Assembly: GCA_951828385.1 (NCBI GenBank)
Contig: OX639973.1
Coordinates: forward strand, 1,728,470 to 1,792,469
DNA from: an uncultured Poribacteria bacterium
Lineage (GTDB): Bacteria > Poribacteria > WGA-4E > WGA-3G
Direction of reading: 5' to 3'
Length of the DNA: 64,000 bases
Shown: piece by piece, positions 19,954 to 30,489 of the stretch
Numbering within the stretch: position 1 is the stretch's first letter
Layout of the letters: each line of letters starts with the position of its first letter
The notes under the pieces: generated by a model
Told to the model about the DNA's origin: nothing
The model's database searches: none
What the model saw: only the letters and a program-made list of their open reading frames with translations
Translations under genes and position numbers: made by a program

Positions 19954-20152
19954 ATAACCCAAGTTGCTACTAACAAATTTTGATGTTTTTGCTTGGGTAT
20001 TTCTGCGTATTTCAACGAAGGTGCTTAGGCATTTTCCTCACCCCTTGGGCGTGCTATGTCTATAGAAACGACTTACGTTAAATATACGGAGCAAACAACA
20101 GGCAAATAATGTGGTATTGCCTGTGTAGAAGAAATGGAGGAAACATTCTACA

Positions 20153-23100
20153 ATGTCACTGACACAGCTATTACGTTTAGACGCTTCAATATGGGTTCGC
20201 ACCAGTTGCTTGGGTTTTATAATACTCCTGCTGGGGGTATCAACTGCACTGCAACCTGCCGATGCCGAGAAACTTCAATTTGACCGCGATATCCGACCGA
20301 TCTTGTCGGATAAATGTTACGCCTGCCACGGTCCCGATCCGGCAGTCCGACAAGCCAACCTACGACTTGATACCAAAGACGGGGCGTTTTCTGCACCGAG
20401 CGGCTACCCGATCATCGTTCCGGGTGAACCCGAAAATAGCGAACTCGTCCTCCGTATAACACACGAGAATATTGACGAGCGGATGCCGCCGCAAATCTCC
20501 AATCGACAACCAACGCAGGAACAGATTGACACGCTCATCCAGTGGATTGCTGAAGGTGCCGAATGGGAAGAACACTGGGTCTATAATCTACCTAACCGGG
20601 TTGAACCCCCTACTGTCGAGAATACGGCATGGGTCCGCAACCCCATTGACGCGTTTATACTTGGGAAATTGGAACCGGAAGGACTTGCACCATCAACAGA
20701 AGCGGACAAACGGACGCTCATCCGTCGTTTGAACTTTGATCTGACCGGGCTGCTGCCGACACCCGCTGAAGTGGATCAGTTCTTAAGGGATGAAAGTCCT
20801 GATGCTTATGAATCACTTGTCAATAGACTTCTGTCTAAACCCCAGTACGGTGAGCAGTTGGCAATGTACTGGCTCGATCTCGTGCGCTACGCGGATACGA
20901 GCGGTTACCATGCTGACGAAAACGTGAGCGTCTGGCCCTATCGCGACTATGTCATAAAAGCATTTAATGACAATATGCCGTTTGATCAGTTCACAATCGA
21001 AAACCTCGCTGGCGATCTTCTACCAAACGCTACGCCTGCACAGAAAGTGGCTTCCGGTTATAACCGTCTGAATCAGACAACCTCAGAGGGGGGCGCACAA
21101 GCGAAGGAGTATCTCGCAATCTATGCAGCAGACCGGGTCCGGACAACCGCATCTGTCTGGTTAGGCGCGACCCTCGGCTGCGCACAGTGTCACGACCATA
21201 AGTTTGATCCCTTCACAGCAAAAGATTTTTACAGTTTCGCCGCGTTCTTCGCGGATGTCAAGGGACCTGGTGTATACGGCGGCGGTAGTAAATGGGAACC
21301 CGTCGTTATGCTACCCACACCGGCACAGGAATCAGGACTACATGAGATTGACGACGAATTAGCGAAGTTGGAGCAGATATTCAAAGCATCTTCTCCGGGA
21401 TTGGAAGCAGAGCAGACGAAATGGGAACACGAGATTCGTTCGCTTCTCGAATCAACAGAACCGACTGATTTCGCTTGGGTGGACGACGCGCAGGCAAACG
21501 GTGGTAGGAATCAAGGGACATGGACGTTTGTCGGCAAAAACGAAGCACCTGTTTTCAGTAAATTGTTATCACGTCGCCAGACAACCACAGATGAAAAAAC
21601 CATCCAGCACGCTTTCCAAGGTGCGAATCGGAAGTTTACCCTCGCTGAAGGCGATCAACTGTTTGCTTATGTCTGGATGGATCCTGAAGATTCCCCAAAA
21701 ACAGTTATGCTCCAATGGAACGACGGCAATTGGGATCACCGTGCCTTTTGGGGTGAAGACAAGATTGACTTCGGCGGGATTGGCAATGACACGCCTGCTC
21801 ACAAACCTATGGGACCACTACCCGCAGCCGGCGAGTGGGTTCGACTTGAAGTCGATCCAGCGGATGTCGGGTTGAAACCGGGAAGTGTCCTAAATGGGAT
21901 GGCTTTCGCGCAGTTTGGGGGTACCGCTTATTGGGATGTGGCTGGGATCGCAACCACTCGCGGTTCAGCAGTAAAACACACCCATACCGAACAGGTCATC
22001 GCAGCAATTCAGGTGGATTCCGCTGTTAGAACGACAAGTCAACGCGAACAGATTGCAGCGGCGTATCGCCGTATTACGCCCGCACTTGACGGTATCCGAA
22101 ACCAGATGGCGGAGTTGCGGAAGCAGAAAGCCGAAATCGAGAAACAGATTCCTTACTCACTTACCACTGAATCCACACTACCCCGTACGACGCGTGTGCT
22201 ACCGCGAGGCAACTGGTTGGACGATTCCGGTGAGATCGTCGAACCGATGATTCCGAGGTTCCTCGGCGATCTCGGTATCAAAAACCGGCGTCCGACCCGA
22301 TTAGAGCTCGCGCGATGGGTCGTCTCAAGGGATAATCCGTTGACAGCGCGTGCCTTTGTGAATCGTTTATGGGCACTTTACTTTGGAACAGGGCTCTCCC
22401 GTGTTTTAGATGACCTCGGCGCACAAGGTGAACCACCTGTACATCCTGAGCTGCTCGACTGGCTCGCCGTGGAATTTATGGAAAGCGGTTGGAACGTCAA
22501 ACATATCGTGAAACTTATTACCACCTCAAACACTTACCGTCAGTCCTCGAAAGCGACTGAGGTGTTACGCGAAAAGGACGCTTACAATCGCTTGATCGCA
22601 CGCCAATCCAGCTGGCGGCTCAATGCAGAGACCGTCCGCGACAACGCACTCCTATTGAGTGGGCTGCTTGTCCCCAAAATTGGCGGTCCGAGTGTGAGAC
22701 CTTACCAACCAATAGGATACTACTCGAACTTGAACTTCCCGAAGCGTACCTACGTGCACGACAAGGGAGAAAGCCTATATCGCCGTGGACTCTATACGCA
22801 TTGGCAGCGCACTTTCTTGCATCCAAGTATGATGGCGTTTGACGCACCGAGTCGTCAGGAATGCACCGCCGAGCGCGCAACATCGAATACACCGATGCAG
22901 GCATTGACCCTACTCAACGATCCAACTTACGTTGAGGCGGCACGTGTCTTTGCGACACGGATTATCCGCGAAGGGGGTGAATCCGTCGCGGAGCGTATCA
23001 ACTGGGCGTACCAATCGGCACTATCTCGGATGCCGCAGCCGAAGGAATTAGAGATTATGACAAATCTCTATGAGAAGCATCACGCCGAGTATACCGCTCA

Positions 23101-23236
23101 TTTTGATGCTGCTGGCGCGTTGGTCGCAGTAGGTGAGACACCTGCAACAGAGGATGTTAAACCCGCTGAACTTGCTGCGTGGACTTCTGTCGGACGGGTA
23201 ATACTGAATTTGCATGAAACAATCACTCGGTATTAA
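20153..23236 (+). CDS. PSCyt1/PSCyt2-DUF1549-DUF1553 family protein (planctomycete-type cytochrome c containing)
   Basis: Signal peptide, then DRDIRPILSDKCYACHGPD (PSCyt1 CxxCH). The central WLDLVRYADTSGYHADE... and C-terminal ...FDAPSRQECTAERATSNTPMQALTLLNDP are hallmarks of DUF1549/DUF1553. Confidence 0.85.
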   Translation: MSLTQLLRLDASIWVRTSCLGFIILLLGVSTALQPADAEKLQFDRDIRPILSDKCYACHGPDPAVRQANLRLDTKDGAFSAPSGYPIIVPGEPENSELVLRITHENIDERMPPQISNRQPTQEQIDTLIQWIAEGAEWEEHWVYNLPNRVEPPTVENTAWVRNPIDAFILGKLEPEGLAPSTEADKRTLIRRLNFDLTGLLPTPAEVDQFLRDESPDAYESLVNRLLSKPQYGEQLAMYWLDLVRYADTSGYHADENVSVWPYRDYVIKAFNDNMPFDQFTIENLAGDLLPNATPAQKVASGYNRLNQTTSEGGAQAKEYLAIYAADRVRTTASVWLGATLGCAQCHDHKFDPFTAKDFYSFAAFFADVKGPGVYGGGSKWEPVVMLPTPAQESGLHEIDDELAKLEQIFKASSPGLEAEQTKWEHEIRSLLESTEPTDFAWVDDAQANGGRNQGTWTFVGKNEAPVFSKLLSRRQTTTDEKTIQHAFQGANRKFTLAEGDQLFAYVWMDPEDSPKTVMLQWNDGNWDHRAFWGEDKIDFGGIGNDTPAHKPMGPLPAAGEWVRLEVDPADVGLKPGSVLNGMAFAQFGGTAYWDVAGIATTRGSAVKHTHTEQVIAAIQVDSAVRTTSQREQIAAAYRRITPALDGIRNQMAELRKQKAEIEKQIPYSLTTESTLPRTTRVLPRGNWLDDSGEIVEPMIPRFLGDLGIKNRRPTRLELARWVVSRDNPLTARAFVNRLWALYFGTGLSRVLDDLGAQGEPPVHPELLDWLAVEFMESGWNVKHIVKLITTSNTYRQSSKATEVLREKDAYNRLIARQSSWRLNAETVRDNALLLSGLLVPKIGGPSVRPYQPIGYYSNLNFPKRTYVHDKGESLYRRGLYTHWQRTFLHPSMMAFDAPSRQECTAERATSNTPMQALTLLNDPTYVEAARVFATRIIREGGESVAERINWAYQSALSRMPQPKELEIMTNLYEKHHAEYTAHFDAAGALVAVGETPATEDVKPAELAAWTSVGRVILNLHETITRY

Positions 23237-23299
23237 TCTAACGGGTAGGCGCGGTTTTCAACCGCCCTGCCATTACGCATTGACAGGAGACATTCACAA

Positions 23300-23713
23300 A
23301 TGGAACAGACAACACGAATCGAAATCGCGAATCAAAGCGATCTCGTTGCGGTCAGATTAGGTGTTATGAAATCCGAAGATGTTCGACGATTGACCGTTGA
23401 AGAAGCACTCGTTGATACCGGTGCCACAGGACTTTGTTTACCTGCACCACTCATCGAACAACTCGGACTCACGCCACTCAGAAGGGTTCAAGCAGAAACC
23501 GCCAATGGTACGGTAGAGCGCGTCATTTATTCAGAGGTAGAATATACCGTTCTGGAACGAAGCGACTCTATCCGGGTAACAGACCTGCCTGAGGGTATGC
23601 CTGTCCTCGTTGGACACATGGTTTTGGAAGCTCTTGACCTCTGTGTTGACATGAAAAAAGGATTAATTCATAATCCTGCACACGGTGGGGAATGGCGGAT
23701 AAGGATTCTCTGA
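23300..23713 (+). CDS. Putative retropepsin-like (clan AA) aspartic protease
   Basis: LVDTGATGLCLP contains the D-T-G-A active-site motif. Size (~137 aa) fits a single-lobe retropepsin. Confidence 0.5.
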   Translation: MEQTTRIEIANQSDLVAVRLGVMKSEDVRRLTVEEALVDTGATGLCLPAPLIEQLGLTPLRRVQAETANGTVERVIYSEVEYTVLERSDSIRVTDLPEGMPVLVGHMVLEALDLCVDMKKGLIHNPAHGGEWRIRIL

Positions 23714-23778
23714 AAACTAAATGACGCGTTGGCTGTTCCGTCGAAAACCTAAGTTCCATTTGTAAAAAGGAATTTGTC

Positions 23779-24177
23779 ATGGCTCTTTCACATTTAGATG
23801 TGTTTATGAGTACGATTTTCCTGCTATGTGTTTTTGTAGTGGTTGTGAACATACTGCGCGGAGGCCCAAGCATTTTCGGGCGTTTCATAAGAGGATTTAA
23901 CGGTAAGAATTCTGAATCTGGTGACGGAAATCATAAACAGGTAAAGTCCATAAATTGGAAAAAAGGGACGTTTAGACTTACGCTTGTCTTGTCCGTTCCA
24001 TTGGCGTGGTTATTTGGAGGAGATATTGGAGAAGAATGGTTTGGATCAGGGATGAGGGGCTTTTTGACCGGAGTCCTTATATTTTTCCTACTAATTTGGC
24101 TGGTTTATTTTCTAATCGGTCCCGCAATCATAAGAACCATAACATTTGTCATGAAAGGATTTATGGATAAAAACTGA
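23779..24177 (+). CDS. Hypothetical membrane protein (about 4 predicted TM helices)
   Basis: Hydrophobic segments IFLLCVFVVVVNIL, LTLVLSVPLAWLFGG, LTGVLIFFLLIWLVYFLIGPAII. Confidence 0.4.
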   Translation: MALSHLDVFMSTIFLLCVFVVVVNILRGGPSIFGRFIRGFNGKNSESGDGNHKQVKSINWKKGTFRLTLVLSVPLAWLFGGDIGEEWFGSGMRGFLTGVLIFFLLIWLVYFLIGPAIIRTITFVMKGFMDKN

Positions 24178-24264
24178 GAAGTCTAACAAGTGAAAACTAT
24201 TGGATAGAGTACCGACTATCTAGTTTTTTAATGGCGATCATCGAATGAACGGGAGGTATCAGGT

Positions 24265-25704
24265 ATGGCTATGGATATTCATGAAGAAACCAAATTGCGC
24301 CTTACGAGGCGTACGTTTTTAGGGAAAACAGTGCGCGGTGTCGGATCCCTCGCACTCGCATCTTTACTGAGCCCATCAATTATCAATGCTGCAACGGAGA
24401 TTGAGAGATGGCCGGGAATTATTACCGAGCCCCATGTGCCACCCAAGGCGAAAACCATTATCCATCTCTGTATGGCAGGCGGTCCCTCGCATTTGGAGAC
24501 TTTGGATTACAAACCAAAACTGGCAGAATTACACGGGCAACCGATGCCAAAGTCTTTCACCGAAGGGCAGCCAATTGCGCAACTCCAAGGACAAGCGAAT
24601 TCGCTCAAGTGCTTGGGGCCCACACATGAATTCAAAAAATGGGGTGAATCCGGCCAAGATATGAGTACAGCGTTCCCACACATCGGGAGCCTCGCCGACG
24701 ATATTTGCATCGTCCGCTCCCTGAAAACCGAGCAGATTAATCACGACCCGGCACACACTTTCATGAACACCGGCACTGCAATCGCTGGTAGACCGAGCAT
24801 GGGGTCGTGGCTACTCTACGGACTTGGCAGTGAAAACGAAAACTTGCCGGGGTACGTTGTCCTCACCTCCTCTGGTGGCGGGCAGGACCAACCGATTGCG
24901 ACACGGCAGTGGCACAGCGGTTTTCTCCCAGGTCAGTTTCAAGGCGTTCAGTTCCATTCAACCGGCGATCCTGTTCACTATGTCACCAACCCCGGTGGCG
25001 TGAACACGGAACAGCAACGGGATGTTGTAGATGCCGTGCAATCGTTGAACAGTATGCTTGACGAAACAGTGGACGATCCAACCATCTCGACACGTATCAG
25101 TCAGTACGAAATGGCGTTCCGGATGCAGACGAGTGTCCCCGAATTGACTGACATCTCCAAAGAGCCCCAGAACGTTCTTGATATGTACGGCGCGAAGCCA
25201 GGTGACGGTTCCTATGCCTCAAACTGTCTGCTCGCGCGGCGGTTGGCGGAGCGCGGTGTGCGGTTTATCCAACTCTACCATCGCGGGTGGGATCATCACG
25301 GCGGTATTGAGAACGCGATTAAGACAACCGCTGGCTATGTTGATAAGGCAACCGCTGCGCTCGTCAACGATCTGAAACAACGTGGTATGTTAGACGAAAC
25401 TTTAGTCATCTGGGGTGGCGAGTTCGGTCGGACACCGATGGCACAAGGTACCGGGCGCGACCATCATATCAAAGGGTTCTCAATGTGGATGGCGGGTGGC
25501 GGTGTCAAAGGTGGTATCAGTTACGGGAACACCGATGAGTTGGGATACAATGCCGTTGAAAACATCGTCCATGTCCACGACTTCCACGCCACGATGTTAC
25601 ACCTCTTCGGGATTAACCACGAAAAGCTGGTCTACCGCTTCCAAGGACGGGATTTCCGCCTCACCGATGTCCACGGACACGTCGTCCGCGACATTTTGGC
25701 TTAA
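24265..25704 (+). CDS. DUF1501 family protein (sulfatase-like, Tat-secreted), the usual partner of DUF1549/DUF1553 proteins
   Basis: Tat motif LTRRTFLGKTVRG. Characteristic DUF1501 segments HLCMAGGPSHLETLDYKP and WGGEFGRTPMAQG...GRDHH. Confidence 0.85.
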   Translation: MAMDIHEETKLRLTRRTFLGKTVRGVGSLALASLLSPSIINAATEIERWPGIITEPHVPPKAKTIIHLCMAGGPSHLETLDYKPKLAELHGQPMPKSFTEGQPIAQLQGQANSLKCLGPTHEFKKWGESGQDMSTAFPHIGSLADDICIVRSLKTEQINHDPAHTFMNTGTAIAGRPSMGSWLLYGLGSENENLPGYVVLTSSGGGQDQPIATRQWHSGFLPGQFQGVQFHSTGDPVHYVTNPGGVNTEQQRDVVDAVQSLNSMLDETVDDPTISTRISQYEMAFRMQTSVPELTDISKEPQNVLDMYGAKPGDGSYASNCLLARRLAERGVRFIQLYHRGWDHHGGIENAIKTTAGYVDKATAALVNDLKQRGMLDETLVIWGGEFGRTPMAQGTGRDHHIKGFSMWMAGGGVKGGISYGNTDELGYNAVENIVHVHDFHATMLHLFGINHEKLVYRFQGRDFRLTDVHGHVVRDILA

Positions 25705-25712
25705 AGTAGTAG

Positions 25713-25729
25713 GCACGCTCCGCGTGCCG
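25713..25729 (+). terminator. Short perfect hairpin ggcacgc-tcc-gcgtgcc after the DUF1501 gene
   Basis: The identical 24-bp string agtaggcacgctccgcgtgccgt also follows the stop of 32576..33409. Confidence 0.45.
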
Positions 25730-25809
25730 TTCACAAGTAGCGCACGCTCCGTCGGGTTCTCCATCAACCAAGAGAAGAAACCATTCTACAGAAATAGTGA
25801 GGTTGCAGA

Positions 25810-27099
25810 GTGACTTATGTGAAAAAAACTGACAGAATTTTAGTATACATCTCGTTCTTGCTGATGCTGACGGTATCTGCCTTCAGTCATGAGCTCCCGA
25901 TGGTGGAGCCTGAAGCAGTTGGGCTTTCTACCGAAAGGCTCTCAAGGGTTGATAAAGTAATGGAAAAGTATGTCGCGCAGCAGGAAATCGCTGGCGGCGT
26001 TACATTGCTTGCCCGACACGGAAAGATCGCACATCTCGGCACTTACGGTATGATGGATGTTGAGGCGGGAAAGCCGATGACACCGGACACCATTTTTCGT
26101 ATTGCGTCAATGACGAAGCCGATCACGAGCGTCGCTGTGATGATGCTTTATGAAGAAGGGCATTTTCGGTTGCATGAGCCGGTCTCAAAGTTCATTCCCG
26201 CTTTCAAAGAGATGCACGTGTTGCCGCCGGAAGATGCTGAAGATTCGGCATCACCTGTACCCGCAACACGGCAGATTACCATTTGGAACCTGCTCACCCA
26301 CACGTCCGGTCTAACGTATCACTGGAATGAGCGACTCGGTCCGAAATATAACGATGCGGGGATCACCCACGGGCTTCTGCAGGATGAGAGCACCCTCGCG
26401 GAGAAGATGAAAGTGTTGGCGACGATCCCGTTATTGCATCAACCGGGTGAAAAATTTGAGTACGGCCTATCAATAGATGTACTCGGTTACCTCGTCGAAG
26501 TCGTATCAGGGATGCCGTTCAATGAATTTCTCGCTGAGCGTATCTTTAAACCGCTTGGCATGACAGATACACACTTTTTTATTCCGGAAGCGAAACGTGA
26601 ACGGCTTGCGACAGTATATGAGCGAACCGGAGATGGTCCGATCATGCGAAAATCCAAAGAACCGACAGTGAATGGTCCACTGATTTATTCAACGGACTAT
26701 CCATACAACGGTCCACAAACCTATTTCTCTGGCGGTGCCGGGTTAGTCTCTACTGCCTCTGATTATGCCCGTTTTACACAGATGATGCTTAACGACGGGG
26801 AACTTGATGGTGTCCGATTGCTAAGCCGAAAGACTGTTGAATTCATGACGGCGGATCAGTTCGCTAAGATGGGTCTCGGCTCCGGATCCGGTCTCGGCTT
26901 TAGCATTGTCCGAGACGCATCGGACCTTAGAGACCTTGGGTCAGTTGGAGCGTATGGCGGGGGCGGTTTCTTCTTTACCAGTTTTTTCATTGACCCTCAA
27001 GAGCAGATGCACGGTCTCTTTATGTGTCAATTGCATCCGGGCGGTAGTGATCTCGCAGAGAGAATTCGCATCCTCTACTACCAAGCGATCGCCGACTGA
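25810..27099 (+). CDS. Serine hydrolase of the beta-lactamase/PBP family (class C-like)
   Basis: SxxK active-site motif in RIASMTKPITSV. Tyr-x-Asn region YHWNERLG...YSGGAG typical of the family. Confidence 0.8.
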   Translation: MTYVKKTDRILVYISFLLMLTVSAFSHELPMVEPEAVGLSTERLSRVDKVMEKYVAQQEIAGGVTLLARHGKIAHLGTYGMMDVEAGKPMTPDTIFRIASMTKPITSVAVMMLYEEGHFRLHEPVSKFIPAFKEMHVLPPEDAEDSASPVPATRQITIWNLLTHTSGLTYHWNERLGPKYNDAGITHGLLQDESTLAEKMKVLATIPLLHQPGEKFEYGLSIDVLGYLVEVVSGMPFNEFLAERIFKPLGMTDTHFFIPEAKRERLATVYERTGDGPIMRKSKEPTVNGPLIYSTDYPYNGPQTYFSGGAGLVSTASDYARFTQMMLNDGELDGVRLLSRKTVEFMTADQFAKMGLGSGSGLGFSIVRDASDLRDLGSVGAYGGGGFFFTSFFIDPQEQMHGLFMCQLHPGGSDLAERIRILYYQAIAD

Positions 27100-27164
27100 A
27101 ATCGAACATTACCCTCTCACAAATAAGAGGACTACTGCGCGTTCATCTGACTTTGAGCCGCAAA

Positions 27165-27290
27165 TATAGTGAATCCTAAAAATAAATAGACATATTCGTA
27201 GCACAAACTTCCAGTTTGTGCCAGTCTGAATGCCTGTTATAGGTATTCAGACTGTTTCGGAGTGCCCAATTAATTCTAAACTTTACTATA
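27165..27290 (+). repeat. REP-like palindromic element (full copy)
   Basis: tatagtgaatcctaaaaataaatagacatattcgtagcacaaacttccagtttgtgccagtctgaatgcc...ctttactata. Confidence 0.8.
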
Positions 27291-27459
27291 ATACCATTTC
27301 TGTTAATAAGTCTCTCTTTTGTAGAATGATGCACGTCGCATCTGGGCGAGTACGCCACAAAACTGTTAGTTTGTTCCGCATCGCCACACACTTCAGGAGA
27401 ACCGGTAATGCGACATCATGATTTAGAAATGGTATAACATAGGAAGGAAATTAAACGAT

Positions 27460-28491
27460 ATGCCAAGAGAACTCATTGCACCGGCACAAGAACAAGTCGC
27501 TTTCCGAGAATATGAAAGCCAACCCTTGCAAGCCAATGAAATTCGGGTCAAGAGCCAGTTTGGTGCCGCCAAACACGGTTCAGAGATGGCATCGTATAAG
27601 GGCTATGCAGGCCCACGCGGTGGCTACGATGGAGAATATAAGGTCTTTCAAGCAAACACCTCCGGGATGGTGCACTATCCTTCAGGACTTGGGAATATGT
27701 GTGTGGGTGAAGTAACCGAAATTGGGGCGGACGTTACCGAATTTGAGGTCGGAGACCGCGTTTTTCGGCACAGTTCCTTTCGCGAGGAAAATGTTTGGGG
27801 CGCAGCGGGTGTCCGTAAACTGCCTGAGGGGGTGCCTTGGCAGGCAGCTGTCTGTTTAGACCCGACGGATTTCGCCTTAGGTGCGGTGCGCGACGGTCAT
27901 ATTCGCATTGGTGATGCCGTGGCAGTCTTTGGAATGGGGGGCATTGGACTGATGGCACTGCAGCTCGCCAAGTTAGCCGGTGCCTATCCTGTCATTGGTG
28001 TCGATCCGCTCGAATTGCGCCGAAATGTTGCCCTCGAATGTGGTGCGGATATGGTTATTGACCCTACAACAGATGATGCCGGTTTGGAGATTAAAAAAGC
28101 CACTAACAAACGCGGTGCTGATGTTTGTATTGAATATAGTGGGCATCATACAGCACTCCAAGCGGCGATTCGCGGTGTAACGTATTTAGGAACGGTTGTC
28201 GCTGGCGCATGGCCCGGTATCTACCCAGCAGGATTAGACCTCGGTGCCGAAGCACATTTCAATCGACCGACGATTGTGTTCTCACGCGCCTGTAGCGAAC
28301 CGAACCCCGAATATCCGAATTGGAACGAAGGCAGACTCTTTGAAATCAGTTTGCGACTCCTGTATGAGGGCAGTCTGAAGTCTGAACCTGTTATTTATCC
28401 TGTTGTCGATTTCGACGACCTATTGGACGAATATCCGAAGATCGCAACGCATCCGGGTGAGAACGTAAAGTTAGGCGTTCGATTTGCATAA
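27460..28491 (+). CDS. MDR-family zinc-binding dehydrogenase-like oxidoreductase
   Basis: Rossmann segment AVFGMGGIGLMALQLAKLAGA and a GroES-like N-terminal region. Specific subfamily not resolved. Confidence 0.6.
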   Translation: MPRELIAPAQEQVAFREYESQPLQANEIRVKSQFGAAKHGSEMASYKGYAGPRGGYDGEYKVFQANTSGMVHYPSGLGNMCVGEVTEIGADVTEFEVGDRVFRHSSFREENVWGAAGVRKLPEGVPWQAAVCLDPTDFALGAVRDGHIRIGDAVAVFGMGGIGLMALQLAKLAGAYPVIGVDPLELRRNVALECGADMVIDPTTDDAGLEIKKATNKRGADVCIEYSGHHTALQAAIRGVTYLGTVVAGAWPGIYPAGLDLGAEAHFNRPTIVFSRACSEPNPEYPNWNEGRLFEISLRLLYEGSLKSEPVIYPVVDFDDLLDEYPKIATHPGENVKLGVRFA

Positions 28492-28626
28492 CCTTGATTA
28501 GGACTTACGCATTCCCTCTCAAAGTCCCCCTGATAAGGGGCGGGGAATGCCCATAAGGCATTCATACCGTTGATTCTGATTCTTTAGGGGGTTTAAAGGA
28601 CGGAAATTCCCACTTTTTGCGTCTAC

Positions 28627-29601
28627 ATGTCCGACACCCTGAAGGGAAGGGAAGCTATGACTGTTGGAATCATGCTGGCTTTAATGGGGCTTGCATCATC
28701 TCAAATTATGAGCGACAACGCAATCGGAAGCATTGAAGTAACACCGAGCATCGAAATCGTAGAGATACCGAGCAAATTTTCTGTCTTCAGACAAGTCGGT
28801 TGTGACAAATACGTCAACGTTTTCGGTGTTCACATCTTCGCAAGCCGAACAACACCTGAAAATAAACTCTCTCACGCCGCAGGCATTTTGGCACAATACC
28901 TCGATAACAACGAAGACGGTATCCCCGATAATACACGGGTTCTCAGTCACCTTGTGAGTCGAAACGTCTTTATCATTATGCCTGGAACAGAGGCGGAGAT
29001 GGAACGGGTGGAAATGGGCCTGATAGCAGAAGCGGGCTATCGATTTGGTCAAGGCCTCTATGGCGAAGAAACCAAACCGGATTTCCTTGTTGATGGTAAA
29101 ATCAACGCTCCCGATGGTCACTACTACGACGGCGCATTAGAGGAAATTCTACATCCCATTACACAACACGGTTATGCCAACGCTTACCCCGAGGTGTTCG
29201 GAGAGGTACGAGGGTCCACCTTAGCGAACTGCATGGATGCCGCCCGCGGCGGATATTTTGAGCGGGTACCGAAAGGTGGTCCCAAGAGCGGCTATCCAGC
29301 AGAGGCGTGGTATCACTATACGGATGAAACCTGTGACTACGGTTGCATGGTTACGGAGTATCTCTACTGGGCTTTGACATCAATATTGGGGACACAGGAT
29401 TTCCCAGAACGACGCGAGGCACTCGAAGTCGAATGGGAATTGAATACCAGAGAACGGGTCAGAACTGGCGATGCTGCAGTCTATGAACTTCTAACAGACC
29501 CACAGTACAAATTCCCGACCAAAGCACCAGATGGAGACTACAAACCATCGGCATTTCCCGTTACAACTATTCCTATCATCGCTATCGCAGATGAGGATTA
29601 A
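28627..29601 (+). CDS. Hypothetical secreted protein
   Basis: Signal-peptide-like MTVGIMLALMGLASSQI. No recognisable domain. Confidence 0.45.
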   Translation: MSDTLKGREAMTVGIMLALMGLASSQIMSDNAIGSIEVTPSIEIVEIPSKFSVFRQVGCDKYVNVFGVHIFASRTTPENKLSHAAGILAQYLDNNEDGIPDNTRVLSHLVSRNVFIIMPGTEAEMERVEMGLIAEAGYRFGQGLYGEETKPDFLVDGKINAPDGHYYDGALEEILHPITQHGYANAYPEVFGEVRGSTLANCMDAARGGYFERVPKGGPKSGYPAEAWYHYTDETCDYGCMVTEYLYWALTSILGTQDFPERREALEVEWELNTRERVRTGDAAVYELLTDPQYKFPTKAPDGDYKPSAFPVTTIPIIAIADED

Positions 29602-29631
29602 TAAGTATTGTGATACGAAAGGTGTAATACT

Positions 29632-30489
29632 ATGAAAAATTCTCTGGATCAATTTTATACCAAAGAAACAATAGCAAAATTATGTTGGAATCATCTTATT
29701 GAGACTATTCCTAGTAGTATAGAAAAAAATATAAATGATCTATTCTTTTTGGAACCTTCTGCAGGAAAAGGAGCATTCTACAAACTAATGCCAGAACAAA
29801 GACGCATTGGAATGGATTTAGAACCTAAGTGTGATGGTGTTAAATTACAAGATTTTCTAAAAACCCTAAAAATTGAGTTTGAGTCACACAATACAATAGT
29901 TGTTGGTAATCCACCATTTGGCAAAAGAGGTCATTTAGCGGTAGCATTTTTCAATCATTCCGCCTGTTTAGCTGAAACCGTAGCGTTTATAGTACCTGTA
30001 ATTTTCCGAAAGTTCATGATACATAAAAAATTGGATTCCAGAATGAAATTTATCAGTAAATTAGAGCTGCCTAAAGAATCCTTTGAATTTGATGATGGAA
30101 AACCCTACTCCGTGAATACTGAATTCCAGATATGGACTCGTTTACCATGCTCTCGCGAAGATATGAGAGAATCTGAAGCACCACCTATCTGCCATAAGGA
30201 TTTTCAAATGTGGCAATATAATAACACTCCTGAAGCACTAAAAGTATTTAAAAATGATTTTGATTTTGCTGTTCCGTCTCAGGGTTGGCAAGACTACTCT
30301 AGAAGGGAGACAAAAACTAATAATTGTGAGAAACATAAGCAATGGATATTATTAAAGGCTAAAAATGACATCATTTTGGCACGCTTATTGGATATTGATT
30401 ACAACAAGCTGGCACACAGATGTACAACAGCCATTCCGGGCTTTAGAAAAGGCGATTTGGTTAAGGAGTATTCTGAACTCTATGAGTAG
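29632..30489 (+). CDS. Gamma-class N6-adenine DNA methyltransferase (Type II R-M modification subunit)
   Basis: Motif order X-I-IV: DQFYTKETIA, then EPSAGKGAF (SAM-binding motif I), then VVGNPPFGKRG (NPPF motif IV). The region is only ~35% GC. Confidence 0.7.
   Translation: MKNSLDQFYTKETIAKLCWNHLIETIPSSIEKNINDLFFLEPSAGKGAFYKLMPEQRRIGMDLEPKCDGVKLQDFLKTLKIEFESHNTIVVGNPPFGKRGHLAVAFFNHSACLAETVAFIVPVIFRKFMIHKKLDSRMKFISKLELPKESFEFDDGKPYSVNTEFQIWTRLPCSREDMRESEAPPICHKDFQMWQYNNTPEALKVFKNDFDFAVPSQGWQDYSRRETKTNNCEKHKQWILLKAKNDIILARLLDIDYNKLAHRCTTAIPGFRKGDLVKEYSELYE

Noticed and set aside
19294-19962. 222-aa ORF on the minus strand with KLKVYATKMH repeats
   Set aside because: It is a translation artefact of the 30-bp tandem repeat, which happens to lack stops in one frame.
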